Assembly: GCA_963664225.1 (NCBI GenBank)
Contig: OY760937.1
Span: 5,088,001-5,152,000, forward strand
Source: Verrucomicrobiia bacterium
GTDB taxonomy: Bacteria; Verrucomicrobiota; Verrucomicrobiia; Limisphaerales; UBA1319
Length of the DNA: 64,000 nt
Direction of reading: 5' to 3'
Shown: piece by piece, positions 49,779 to 61,220 of the stretch
Layout of the letters: each line of letters begins with the position of its first letter
How positions within the stretch are numbered: the stretch's first letter is position 1
The notes under the pieces: model-generated
Databases searched by the model: none
The model's input: the letters and a program-made list of their open reading frames with translations, nothing else
Told to the model about the DNA's origin: nothing
Made by a program: the position numbers and the translations under genes

Positions 49779-51719
49779 ATGGCAAAGGTACTTGGCATTG
49801 ATTTAGGGACAACCAACTCTTGTATGGCGGTCATGGAGGGTGGAGACCCAGTGGTGCTTGAAAATTCCGAGGGCAAGCGCACCACGCCATCGGTGGTGGC
49901 ATTTACAAAGACAGGCGAACGTTTGGTGGGTGAGGCGGCCAAGCGCCAGGCTGTGACCAATTCGCGCAATACGATTTATTCCATCAAGCGATTCATGGGG
50001 CGCAAGTTTGACGAGGTCCAGGAAGAGATCAAACGCATCCCCTACAAGGTCGTGCGCGCCAGCAATGGAGACGCCGCGGTGGAAGTGGAAATCGACGGCC
50101 AGCCCAAACTGTTCAGCCCGCCCGAGATTTCGGCGATGATTCTGGCCAAGCTCAAAGCCGATGCGGAGATGCGCCTGGGCGAGAAAATCACGCAGGCGGT
50201 GGTTACTGTTCCCGCCTATTTCAACGATTCTCAACGCCAGGCCACCAAGGATGCCGGTCGCATCGCGGGTTTGGAAGTGCTGCGTATTATTAATGAGCCG
50301 ACGGCCGCATCACTCGCCTACGGTTTGGACAAGAAAAAGGACGAGAAGATCGCGGTTTACGATCTGGGCGGCGGCACATTCGACATCTCAGTGCTCGAAA
50401 TTGGCGATGGCGTTTTCGAGGTCAAGGCGACCAACGGGGATACGCATTTGGGCGGCGATGACTGGGATAACCGGATCATGGATTGGATTCTGGATGAATT
50501 CAAGAAGGACCAGGGAATTGATTTGCGCAAACAGCCAGACGCCTTGCAACGCATCAAGGAGGAGGCTGAAAAGGCCAAGATCGCGTTATCGAGCGCGCAG
50601 CAATATGACATCAACCTGCCTTTCGTGACGGCGGATGCCTCCGGGCCCAAGCACATTTCAACCAAGCTGACCCGGGCAAAAATGGAGCAGTTGTGCGACG
50701 ATTTGTTTGAGCGCACGGTCATTCCGGTGAAGAATTGTCTGCGGGATGCGGATCTAAGCGCGGCCAAGATTGACGAGTTGGTGCTGGTGGGTGGCATGAC
50801 CCGCATGCCGCGCGTGGTCGAGACGGCGCATACGCTGGTGAACAAGGCCCCGCATCAGGGAGTGAACCCGGACGAAGTGGTGGCCGTGGGCGCCGGCATT
50901 CAAGGCGGCGTGCTCAAAGGCGACGTCAAGGACGTGCTGTTGCTCGATGTGACCCCGCTGTCGCTGGGCATCGAAACGTTGGGCGGAGTATTCACGCGCT
51001 TGATCGAGCGTAATACGACTGTTCCCACGCGCAAATCAGAGATTTTCTCCACGGCATCGGACAACCAGCCCGGGGTTGAAATTCATGTGCTGCAAGGAGA
51101 GCGGCCGATGTCCCGGGACAATAAGACGATCGGTAAATTCCAATTGACGGACATTCCTCCGGCCCCTCGCGGCATGCCGCAGATTGAGGTGACTTTTGAC
51201 ATCGATGCCAATGGCATCTTGCATGTCAGCGCCAAGGATCTGGGCACGGGCAAGGAGCAGAAAATCACGATCACCGCCAGCAGCGGCCTGAGCAAGGACG
51301 AGATCGAGAAGATGCGCAAAGAGGCGGAACTCCATGCGGAGGATGACAAGCAGCAACGTGAATCCATTGAGGCGCGCAATGAAGCCGATAATGGGGTTTA
51401 TCGCTCGGAAAAAATGCTGCGCGATAATGCGGATAAGATTTCAGCGGGTGACAAGGAGAAGATTGAGAAGGCGGTGGTTGCGGTCAAGGAGGCGCTCAAA
51501 GGCACTGATGCCGCGGCGATCAAGACTGCGAGCGAGAAACTCAACGAAGCCTGGCAATCTGTTTCCGCGGAACTTTACAAGGCGGCGGCGGACAAGGCCC
51601 GCGCTGAGAAACCTTCTGCGGGTGGACCTGATCCCGCATCCGCTCCCAAGGATTCGTCCGGCAAGAAGGATGACGGTCCCATCATCGATGCGGAAGTGGT
51701 CGATGACAAAAAGAATTAA
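49779..51719 (+). CDS. dnaK: Chaperone DnaK
   Basis: [44 protein letters not shown] tail. Confidence 0.99.
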   Translation: MAKVLGIDLGTTNSCMAVMEGGDPVVLENSEGKRTTPSVVAFTKTGERLVGEAAKRQAVTNSRNTIYSIKRFMGRKFDEVQEEIKRIPYKVVRASNGDAAVEVEIDGQPKLFSPPEISAMILAKLKADAEMRLGEKITQAVVTVPAYFNDSQRQATKDAGRIAGLEVLRIINEPTAASLAYGLDKKKDEKIAVYDLGGGTFDISVLEIGDGVFEVKATNGDTHLGGDDWDNRIMDWILDEFKKDQGIDLRKQPDALQRIKEEAEKAKIALSSAQQYDINLPFVTADASGPKHISTKLTRAKMEQLCDDLFERTVIPVKNCLRDADLSAAKIDELVLVGGMTRMPRVVETAHTLVNKAPHQGVNPDEVVAVGAGIQGGVLKGDVKDVLLLDVTPLSLGIETLGGVFTRLIERNTTVPTRKSEIFSTASDNQPGVEIHVLQGERPMSRDNKTIGKFQLTDIPPAPRGMPQIEVTFDIDANGILHVSAKDLGTGKEQKITITASSGLSKDEIEKMRKEAELHAEDDKQQRESIEARNEADNGVYRSEKMLRDNADKISAGDKEKIEKAVVAVKEALKGTDAAAIKTASEKLNEAWQSVSAELYKAAADKARAEKPSAGGPDPASAPKDSSGKKDDGPIIDAEVVDDKKN

Positions 51720-51857
51720 CGCCCGCATGGCCGCGCCGCTCCTGAACGGAGGGGCGCGACCCGGGCAAATTTTAACCAGTCATAATCAAGTTCTCCCGGC
51801 GGGTGCGCGGGAGGAAAAACACTCGGTTAAACAACCAACAACAAAGGAAATACCAAC

Positions 51858-52151
51858 ATGGCTATGAACCTTAAACCGCTCGGAGATCGTATCCTCGTGG
51901 AACTGGTCGAAGAGAAGGAAGTTAAGAAGGGTGGCATCATCATTCCCGATGCCGCGAAGGAAAAACCGACCGAAGCGACCGTTGTGGCGCTGGGCACGGG
52001 CAAGTTAGACGATCAGGGCAAGAAGATCGCTTTTGAAGTCAAAAAGGGCGACCGGGTGCTGATCAGCAAATATGGCGGTACGGATGTCAAAGTCGAGGGC
52101 AAGGAATACAAGCTGCTCAATAGCGACGACATCCTGGCGATCATCGATTAA
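51858..52151 (+). CDS. groES: Co-chaperonin GroES
   Basis: [24 protein letters not shown]. Confidence 0.98.
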   Translation: MAMNLKPLGDRILVELVEEKEVKKGGIIIPDAAKEKPTEATVVALGTGKLDDQGKKIAFEVKKGDRVLISKYGGTDVKVEGKEYKLLNSDDILAIID

Positions 52152-53837
<1,686 letters not shown>

Positions 53838-53870
53838 GTCCAACCATCATTTCATCAAAATCGAATTCAC

Positions 53871-53900
53871 GAGGCTGGCTTCATGCCAGCCTCTTTTTTT
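53871..53900 (+). terminator. Intrinsic terminator of groEL
   Basis: GAGGCTGGC-TTCAT-GCCAGCCTC followed by T7. Confidence 0.9.
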
Positions 53901-54236
53901 GTACTAATGGGCGCGCGATGGGAATCTTTAGAAGTCGCCGGGAAGGGGAGGAAGGTGCTTGAATTGTGACGCACGATGTTGAAGCAGGATTCACGTAGAA
54001 TTTCAAAAACGCGTAACGTGATTGTTTGACCCTGTGGATTGCTCTGATTCAATATCCAGGGTTGCAGTTCGCTTTTATGCGGAGGATTCCTGATGGCTTC
54101 TCCAGTACATGTTACCCGCCCCAAGAGCGCTGATTACGTTAACTGCCAGCGGGCTTGAGGCGGGAAAGAGAGAGCGAAGTTCTCTCAAATTAGCATCGGG
54201 TGCCGCCCTGTTTGGGCAGCGCCCTGACTGTCTTGA

Positions 54237-55034
54237 TTATTTAGGCTCGGACACGACATTCATCTGCAATGTGACCGCAGTCTGGGCCAGCGCCCGGCCT
54301 TCCAGAGAGGCGCCGGTTTGCATTGCAATCGCGGTCTGGCACAAGATGATTCCCTTGAACTGAGCCGTCGTTCCAATGGTCGTTGCGCCGGCTATCTGCC
54401 AGAAGACGTTCTTGGCCTGGGCGCCGCCGGTCAGGGTGACAATGGCCCCGTTGCCGACGGTCAGCCCCTGCGCTATCTGGAAGATCCAGACCGCATTAGC
54501 GTCCCCTTGGGCGTCGAGTGTGACCGCGGTGGGAATGAGCACCGGTGTGGCCCATTTGTAGAGGCCCGGAGCGATTCGCATCCCGTCAATATTTCCGGCC
54601 CCGAGTTCAACGGCAGCGGGTAACGTCCGGCCCGCAGCGTCAGTGTATGCGGTTTCCATGGCGCTGACCGCCGCAGTCAATAAAACGGGGTAGGTCACCT
54701 TGCAAGCGGGACCCGCAGCGTCCACGGTGTAGATGGTCCCGGTTACTTCCGCGCAGCCCAGGCCCGTAATGGCAGCACCGGTGATTGGACTTGTTCCAAT
54801 ATTGCCAGTGATGGCAGAGGAAGGAACATCGGTGACTCCTGTTTTGGAGAGAATCGCAAAACTGCCGGCCCAACCGAGATCAACCGGCGCCAGAGCAGCC
54901 ATTCCTGCGGAGGCACTGGAGAGCAACGCCAAGAGGGCGGCCATCAAACTGATGGAGATTTTATTATTCGACGCTGTGCAGATAAGCGGCGCGGGTGCGC
55001 CTACGGTTTGTTTTACCTCTTGATTGTTATGCAT
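54237..55034 (-). CDS. DUF3494 ice-binding-like secreted protein
   Basis: VDLG.A.SFAILSKTG, PGLYKW, TLDAQGDANAVWIFQI, GGAQAKNVFWQ; signal-peptide-like hydrophobic stretch. Start uncertain. Confidence 0.9.
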   Translation of the reverse strand: MHNNQEVKQTVGAPAPLICTASNNKISISLMAALLALLSSASAGMAALAPVDLGWAGSFAILSKTGVTDVPSSAITGNIGTSPITGAAITGLGCAEVTGTIYTVDAAGPACKVTYPVLLTAAVSAMETAYTDAAGRTLPAAVELGAGNIDGMRIAPGLYKWATPVLIPTAVTLDAQGDANAVWIFQIAQGLTVGNGAIVTLTGGAQAKNVFWQIAGATTIGTTAQFKGIILCQTAIAMQTGASLEGRALAQTAVTLQMNVVSEPK

Positions 55035-55407
55035 GTGATTTTTTTGTTTTGATGATTAATTATTTAACCAACTGCATGAGAGTGGACCGGGAGGCGCGCG
55101 GGGTCTATTCAGGGGTATACCCCGGGGGACTTCCCCCCATCGGAGGTTTGCTCAAGGATCGCGAAACCGCGACGCGAGTGTTCACCCCATGGTTTGATGC
55201 GGTTCTGATCATCCTTGTTTGCAGTGATAGCATCCCTGAATCCTGAAGTTTCGACAAAAAGGGCTGAAGTTCCATCCTCAGAAGGCACCGCTTATAAATC
55301 AACCGGAACATCCGACATGCATATTTCAGAATCGAGAGGACTTCCAATTCTGAACTTTGGCGTCCTTTATTTTGAGATAACCCGCTTTTTTTGGAATAAA
55401 GCGGGTA

Positions 55408-55464
55408 TTGACACATTTAGACAGGTTCTATACCATGTCCAAGCTTGTCCAAATAGTGGGACAA
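55408..55464 (+). promoter_or_regulatory. Sigma70-like promoter with overlapping GACA/TGTC repeat array
   Basis: TTGACA(55408)-N17-TACCAT(55431); GACA at 55410 and 55420, TGTCCAA at 55436 and 55446, GGACAA at 55459. Confidence 0.55.
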
Positions 55465-55485
55465 AAAGTCTTAATTTAAGAAAAA

Positions 55486-56193
55486 ATGCAGCTCACGGTA
55501 AGAGATGTCGCTGAATTGCTGAACGTTTCCGAAAAAAGCGTTTACCGATGGATTACAGACGGGAATTTGCCCGCCTATCGCGTCAGCGGGCAGTACCGTT
55601 TTAACCGCGCAGAGCTGTTGGAATGGGCCACTGCAAAGAAGATTAACGTTTCTCCCAAAATATTTGAGGAGAGCGAGGCGGGGGCCGGGGAGTTGCCTGA
55701 TTTGGCGGATGCTTTGCAGGCAGGCGGGATTTACTACCGCATGGGCGGCAACGACAAGGCAGGCGTCCTGCGGGGGATTGTGGACGCAATGCGATTGCCC
55801 GATGAGGTGGACCGCAATTTCCTGTTGCAGGTTTTGATGGCGCGCGAGGCGTTGGAATCGACGGCGATCGGGGATGGAATCGCGATTCCACATGTGCGAA
55901 ATCCGATTGTTCTGCATGTGGCCAAACCGATGGTGATGCTGAGCTTTCTTGAAAAGCCGGTGGCTTTTGGAGCGTTGGACGGGCAGCCGGTCCACACGCT
56001 TTTCTCCCTGGTAAGTCCCACCGTGCGGTCACATTTGCATTTATTATCGCGGATAGCGTTTGCGCTCCGGGACCCGGGATTTAAGGAAATCGTTCTGCGA
56101 CAGGGAAGTCGGGAAGAAATCCTGGAAGGGGTAAAGCGGGTTGGAAGTGGGAAGAAGACTCCCACTGAGGTTGTCAGCCAGGAGCGTCAATGA
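55486..56193 (+). CDS. Excisionase-type HTH fused to a PTS EIIA (Fru/Ntr-type) domain
   Basis: LTVRDVAELLNVSEKSVYRW...G.LPA.R...QYRF (HTH_17-like); STAIGDGIAIPH with the phospho-His; LDGQPV. Confidence 0.92.
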   Translation: MQLTVRDVAELLNVSEKSVYRWITDGNLPAYRVSGQYRFNRAELLEWATAKKINVSPKIFEESEAGAGELPDLADALQAGGIYYRMGGNDKAGVLRGIVDAMRLPDEVDRNFLLQVLMAREALESTAIGDGIAIPHVRNPIVLHVAKPMVMLSFLEKPVAFGALDGQPVHTLFSLVSPTVRSHLHLLSRIAFALRDPGFKEIVLRQGSREEILEGVKRVGSGKKTPTEVVSQERQ

Positions 56194-58184
56194 GCCTTTT
56201 GTTGCTGGCAATGGGGATTTGGGTGGGAAGTGGGCTGATGGCCTTGTTTTTTCCACATAATCCCAAACTGGCAACGGCAGTGGGCGCTTGGGGGTTGATT
56301 GCGGGCGCGATTTTGGCGGTTTTTCCTGTAGTTCGTGTTCTCATGGGGGGGGCGGTTGGAGAGAGCCGCCTCCCGATGAGCCTGCCTGGAGGCAGTTTTT
56401 TCATTCAGTTGGACGCGCTTTCCGCGTGGTTCATTCTTCCAATGCTGTTGCTTCTAGTTGCAGCCGCCCTCTATGCCGTGGATTACATGGCCGCGTTTCG
56501 AGAACGGCACTTGGGGGTTCCCGCCTTATTCTTTAACCTGCTGGCCACCAGCATGGTGATGGTCGTTTTGTCCCGCAACGCGGTGCTCTTCCTGATGTCA
56601 TGGGAGGTGATGTCGGTGACCTCTTTTTTCCTGGTAACCTTCGAAGATGAAAAGCCCAAAGTGCGCGAGGCGGGTTGGGTGTACTTGATCGCAACCCATT
56701 TGGGGACGGCTTCCATTTTTGTCCTTTTTGTCTTGATGGGTCGCGAGGCTGGCTCGATGGATTTCGATAAGTGGGCGGCGATGGGGACAATTGGAACATG
56801 GCCCGGAGGAATGGCGGGGTCGATGTTTATTCTGGCGGTGATCGGGTTCGGCACCAAGGCGGGTTTCATGCCTTTTCATGTGTGGCTGCCTGAGGCGCAT
56901 CCGGCGGCGCCAAGCCATGTCTCGGCCGTCATGTCTGGAGTGATGATCAAGACGGGGGTTTATGGGGTATTGCGGATGCTCACGTATTTGGGAACGCCCG
57001 CCGCATGGTGGGGCTGGTTACTTTTGGGGGTGGGTCTGGTGTCGGGAATATTGGGGGTGATCAATGCGCTCGCGCAGCACGACTTGAAGCGGTTGCTGGC
57101 GTATAGCAGCGTGGAGAATGTGGGGATCATGACCATCGGCATGGGTATCGGAGTCCTGGGCATTTCGATGGCGGCCCCTGCGGTTGCGATTTTGGGCTTC
57201 AGCGCCTGTCTGCTTCATTTTGCGAATCATGCCATGTTCAAGGGCCTTCTGTTTCTGGGGGCTGGCAGCATTTTGCACGTGACTGGCACGCGGCAAATGG
57301 ATCGGCTGGGCGGTTTGCTGAAAAAAATGCCGGTGACGGGTTTATGCTTTTTGCTGGGGGTGGTGGCAATCTGCGGGCTGCCGCCGATGAACGGATTTAT
57401 TGGGGAGGTCGTTCTTTTCATGGCGGGATTCAAGGCGGCAACCTCGCTGGAGCTGTCCAGGGCGATTGCGGGTGTGGCGGTGATTCTGGGAATGGGCTTG
57501 ATCGGCGGTCTGGCCGTGGTCTGTTTTACTAAAGCCTTCGGAATCGTTTTTCTCGGGGAACCGCGGGGCGGGGAGGAACAACATGCCCACGAGAGTGGAA
57601 GGTGGATGCAGACGGGCATGGCGATCCTGGTTTGCGCCTGCATTTGCGCCAGTCTGGCAGCGCCCATCCTCATCCGCAAAGCCAGTGAGATCGCGGCTGG
57701 AATGGGGCGGTACGATCACAACGCTGCAGTGTTGAATCTGGCGGCGTTTTCGAATGTCATGAACCTGGTGGTCCTGGTTTTTCTCGTCCTCGGATTGCTT
57801 ATTGCGTTGTTGGTCTGGATGCGTTCACGTTTGCTGTCAGGTCGCAAGATTGAATCGGCCGCCACATGGGGCTGCGGTTACGTGGCGTCCTCGTCACGGG
57901 TGCAATACACTGGCTCCTCGTTTGTTCAGCCGGCAACCATGCTCTATCGGTTGGTGCTAAGGATGCGACGCCGTTATTCCACGCCGAAAGGTTTTTTCCC
58001 GAGTCATTCCTCGTTTTTAAGTGAAACTCCGGATGTCTGGCAACGGGTTATTTACGGACCGGCTTTTGCAAGCCTGGCAGCATGGTTGTCCAAGTTGCGA
58101 TGGCTGCAACAGGGCCAGGTGCAGCTTTATGTGCTGTATATGGCGGCGACTTTGCTGGCGCTGCTGATCTGGAAGTTGGGCTGA
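56190..58184 (+). CDS. HyfB/NuoL-like proton-conducting membrane subunit
   Basis: WEVMS, KAGFMPFHVWLPEAHPAAPSHVSA, DLKRLLAYSSVEN, TWGCGY. Confidence 0.9.
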   Translation: MSLLLLAMGIWVGSGLMALFFPHNPKLATAVGAWGLIAGAILAVFPVVRVLMGGAVGESRLPMSLPGGSFFIQLDALSAWFILPMLLLLVAAALYAVDYMAAFRERHLGVPALFFNLLATSMVMVVLSRNAVLFLMSWEVMSVTSFFLVTFEDEKPKVREAGWVYLIATHLGTASIFVLFVLMGREAGSMDFDKWAAMGTIGTWPGGMAGSMFILAVIGFGTKAGFMPFHVWLPEAHPAAPSHVSAVMSGVMIKTGVYGVLRMLTYLGTPAAWWGWLLLGVGLVSGILGVINALAQHDLKRLLAYSSVENVGIMTIGMGIGVLGISMAAPAVAILGFSACLLHFANHAMFKGLLFLGAGSILHVTGTRQMDRLGGLLKKMPVTGLCFLLGVVAICGLPPMNGFIGEVVLFMAGFKAATSLELSRAIAGVAVILGMGLIGGLAVVCFTKAFGIVFLGEPRGGEEQHAHESGRWMQTGMAILVCACICASLAAPILIRKASEIAAGMGRYDHNAAVLNLAAFSNVMNLVVLVFLVLGLLIALLVWMRSRLLSGRKIESAATWGCGYVASSSRVQYTGSSFVQPATMLYRLVLRMRRRYSTPKGFFPSHSSFLSETPDVWQRVIYGPAFASLAAWLSKLRWLQQGQVQLYVLYMAATLLALLIWKLG

Positions 58185-58187
58185 ACC

Positions 58188-59096
58188 ATGAACATCAGTG
58201 CGATACTTTCACTTCTGGTGGGTCTGGCTCTGGCGCCTTTGTTGCCGGGGATCATTAACCGCGTGAAGGCGAAGTTTGGCGGGCGGCGGGGCCAGCCCAT
58301 TCTTCAAATGTATTTCGATCTCTGGAAGCTTCTTCACAAAGGCGCGGTTTACAGCCGCACGACAACCTGGGTGTTTCAGGCGGCGCCCATTGTTGGCCTG
58401 GCCGCGGTGATTGCAGCCATGCTGATTGTTCCCTTTGGAGGCGCGAACGCCCTGGTTGGTTTTCCCGGGGATCTGGTGCTCATGGCGGGGTTGCTGGGCC
58501 TGGGCCGGTTCTTCACGATGATTGCGGCATTGGATACAGGATCCAGTTTCGAGGGAATGGGGGCCAGCCGCGAAGCCCATTTTTCGGCGCTGGGGGAACC
58601 GGTTTTGCTCCTGGCATTGGCGGTCGTGGGACGCAAAACGGTTAGTTTTTCACTTTCCGACATATTTGGCGCGCTGACACCCTGGCACTGGGCGCAAAGC
58701 TTTGTGCCTCTGGCCCTGGTGGTGACGGTTCTTCTGGTGGTGATGCTGGCGGAAAATGCGCGCATTCCCGTGGATGATCCCAATACCCATCTGGAGTTGA
58801 CCATGATCCACGAGGTGATGGTGCTCGATCATGGCGGTCCTGATTTTGCGTTTATCGTTTATGGAGCGGCCTTGAAACTCTGGCTGATGGGCGCGCTCTT
58901 GGTGAATGTGCTTCTGCCTATTCATTCAGGGCATCTCTGGATCGATCTGGCGGTGGGTGTCATCGGCATGTGTGGTGTGGCGGTGGTGGTCGGCATCATT
59001 GAGTCGATCATGGCACGATTGCGCTTGTTATTTGTGCCCCAGTTGTTGGTTGGGGCGGGGGTCATGGCGGCGGTGGCCTTGGTGGTGATGCAATAG
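58188..59096 (+). CDS. HyfC/HycD (NuoH-like) membrane subunit
   Basis: R.G.P..Q.Y.D..KL..K, DTGSSFEGMGASRE, ENARIPVDDPNTHLELTMIHE. Confidence 0.9.
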   Translation: MNISAILSLLVGLALAPLLPGIINRVKAKFGGRRGQPILQMYFDLWKLLHKGAVYSRTTTWVFQAAPIVGLAAVIAAMLIVPFGGANALVGFPGDLVLMAGLLGLGRFFTMIAALDTGSSFEGMGASREAHFSALGEPVLLLALAVVGRKTVSFSLSDIFGALTPWHWAQSFVPLALVVTVLLVVMLAENARIPVDDPNTHLELTMIHEVMVLDHGGPDFAFIVYGAALKLWLMGALLVNVLLPIHSGHLWIDLAVGVIGMCGVAVVVGIIESIMARLRLLFVPQLLVGAGVMAAVALVVMQ

Positions 59097-59103
59097 GCCC
59101 TGT

Positions 59104-59739
59104 ATGGTTGATTTTATACTAATTTTGGTGGTGTTGACAAACTTCTGGCTCTTGGGGACGAGCCGGCTGGGTTCAAGTATTCGTGTGGTGGCTTTACAGG
59201 GTGTCCTGTTGGGCCTTCTGCCATTGGCGGCACATCTCCATGCCACTCCCATGCGTGTGATGGCTTTGGCGGCCGGGAGTATTCTGCTCAAGGGCATGGT
59301 TTTCCCACGGTTATTGTTTCGGGCCTTGCGCGAGGCGGATGTGACGCGTGAAGCGGAGCCTTTTGTCGGTTACGTCCTCTCCCTTCTCATTGGGGTGATG
59401 GCGCTGGGTCTGTCGTTTTGGATGGGCGGCCGGTTGCGGATGGAAAGTCCGGTGGTCTCCGCCATGATCCTTCCCGTGGCCTTCTTCTCCCTCATGGCGG
59501 GATTCTTCCTGATTGTGGCGCGCAAAAAGGCGGTGCATCAGGTTCTTGGCTTTTTGGTGTTTGAAAACGGGGTTTACACTTTCGGTATTGGGGCGATGCA
59601 GGAAGCCACACTGCTGGTCGAACTGGGCATTCTACTGGATGTCTTCGTGGGTGTGTTTGTCATGGGTATCGCCATTTTTCACATCAGCCGCGAATTCGAT
59701 CACACCGAGACGGATCGTTTGTCATCCCTGAAGGACTAA
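59104..59739 (+). CDS. HyfE-like membrane subunit
   Basis: Highly hydrophobic; QG, Q..GFLV.ENG, VELGILLD. Confidence 0.85.
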   Translation: MVDFILILVVLTNFWLLGTSRLGSSIRVVALQGVLLGLLPLAAHLHATPMRVMALAAGSILLKGMVFPRLLFRALREADVTREAEPFVGYVLSLLIGVMALGLSFWMGGRLRMESPVVSAMILPVAFFSLMAGFFLIVARKKAVHQVLGFLVFENGVYTFGIGAMQEATLLVELGILLDVFVGVFVMGIAIFHISREFDHTETDRLSSLKD

Positions 59740-59741
59740 GA

Positions 59742-61220
59742 ATGATCCCGGCATTGATACTGATTCCATTTTTCGCCGGTCTGGCGGCTTTTGCGCTCAG
59801 AATGACACAGGTGCGCCGGGGGTTGTTGGTCCTGGTGGCCGTGGTGCACTCCGCGCTGGTTCTATCCTGCTGGTTGCATCGGCCGGAGGCGGCATTGGGT
59901 GGCGGGCTGCAACTCGATTCGCTGGGCTTGATATTCCTATCCATTGCCAGCGGGGTCTTTTTGGTGGCTTCCATTTACGCGCTAGGGTATTTGCGCATGC
60001 AACCTCTCCATCCGGAACCCGATCCAGAGGAGGGGCGGCTGTTCACCAACGCGCCCGAGGGGGTGTTTATTGGATGTTTGCTGATGTTTTTGTCCGCCAT
60101 GACCCTGGTCACCACGAGCGAGCATTTGGGTTTGTTATGGATCGGGGTGGAAGCGACCACGCTGGCCAGCGCGCCGTTGATTTATTTCCATCGTCACCAT
60201 CGGTCATTGGAAGCGGTGTGGAAGTATCTGTTGATTTGTTCATTGGGCATTGCCCTGGCCTTGCTGGGCAATTTCTTTCTGGGTGTGGCGGGAACCCGTT
60301 TGCCCGATGGCGAGGACTCAATGATGGTTTCGGTCCTCGTCAAGAATGCCAGCCTGTTGCACGCGCCCTGGTTGCGCGCGGCGTTCATCCTGTTTTTAGT
60401 CGGTTACGGAACGAAGATGGGACTGGCCCCGCTGCACACATGGCTGCCGGACGCCTACAGCGAAGCCCCCTCCGTGGTCTCCGCGTTGCTATCCGGGGCG
60501 TTGTCGAATTGCGCTTTCCTGGGAGTCCTCCGGGTGCTGCAAATCTGCGTGGCCGCGAACCAGGGCGATTTCGCCCGGGAATTGATGGTGATCATGGGAC
60601 TGCTCTCGATGGGCGTGGCGGCAGTGTTCATTCTCAAACAGGCCGATTACAAGCGCCTTCTGGCTTATTCCAGCGTCGAGAACATGGGGATCATGAACCT
60701 CGGCGTGGGATTGGGCGGGGTGGGGGCCTTTGGTTCCATGCTTCACGCCGTGAACCATTCGCTTATCAAGACGATGCTGTTTTTGGTCGCGGGAAACATT
60801 CTGATGGTTTTCAAATCCAAATCCGTAAGCGCCGTTCGTGGCATGTTCCGCGTAATGCCCGCATCCGGTGTTTTATGGATTGCTGGATTTTTGGCCATCA
60901 CGGGCACGCCACCGTTCGGACCGTTCTTGAGCGAATTTACGATTCTAAAAGCGGCCTTTGCGAATGGACGTTTTGTGGTGGGCGGCTTGTATATGTTTCT
61001 GTTGGCGGTGATTTTTATCGGTATGTCCACTGTCTTTCTGCGCATGGCGCAAGGCACTCCTGATGCCTCCAATGCGGCGGACCGGGGCAGCCTTCATCCA
61101 TTGATGATCTGGCCGCCGGCCGTGCTGTGCGTCGCGGTTTTGATGTTGGGAGTCTATATTCCGCCAGCGTTGGCAGGTGTATTGATGGAGGCTGCAAAGA
61201 CTGTGGGAGGCTTGGTATGA
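59742..61220 (+). CDS. HyfF-like proton-conducting membrane subunit
   Basis: W...EATTL.SAPLI, SLEA.WKY, GYGTKMGLAPLHTWLPDA.SEAP, KRLLAYSSVE. Confidence 0.9.
   Translation: MIPALILIPFFAGLAAFALRMTQVRRGLLVLVAVVHSALVLSCWLHRPEAALGGGLQLDSLGLIFLSIASGVFLVASIYALGYLRMQPLHPEPDPEEGRLFTNAPEGVFIGCLLMFLSAMTLVTTSEHLGLLWIGVEATTLASAPLIYFHRHHRSLEAVWKYLLICSLGIALALLGNFFLGVAGTRLPDGEDSMMVSVLVKNASLLHAPWLRAAFILFLVGYGTKMGLAPLHTWLPDAYSEAPSVVSALLSGALSNCAFLGVLRVLQICVAANQGDFARELMVIMGLLSMGVAAVFILKQADYKRLLAYSSVENMGIMNLGVGLGGVGAFGSMLHAVNHSLIKTMLFLVAGNILMVFKSKSVSAVRGMFRVMPASGVLWIAGFLAITGTPPFGPFLSEFTILKAAFANGRFVVGGLYMFLLAVIFIGMSTVFLRMAQGTPDASNAADRGSLHPLMIWPPAVLCVAVLMLGVYIPPALAGVLMEAAKTVGGLV

Noticed and set aside
55100..55140. 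G/C-run palindromes upstream of the ice-binding-like gene
   Set aside because: Short, single occurrence in the window; no evidence for a repeat family or function.
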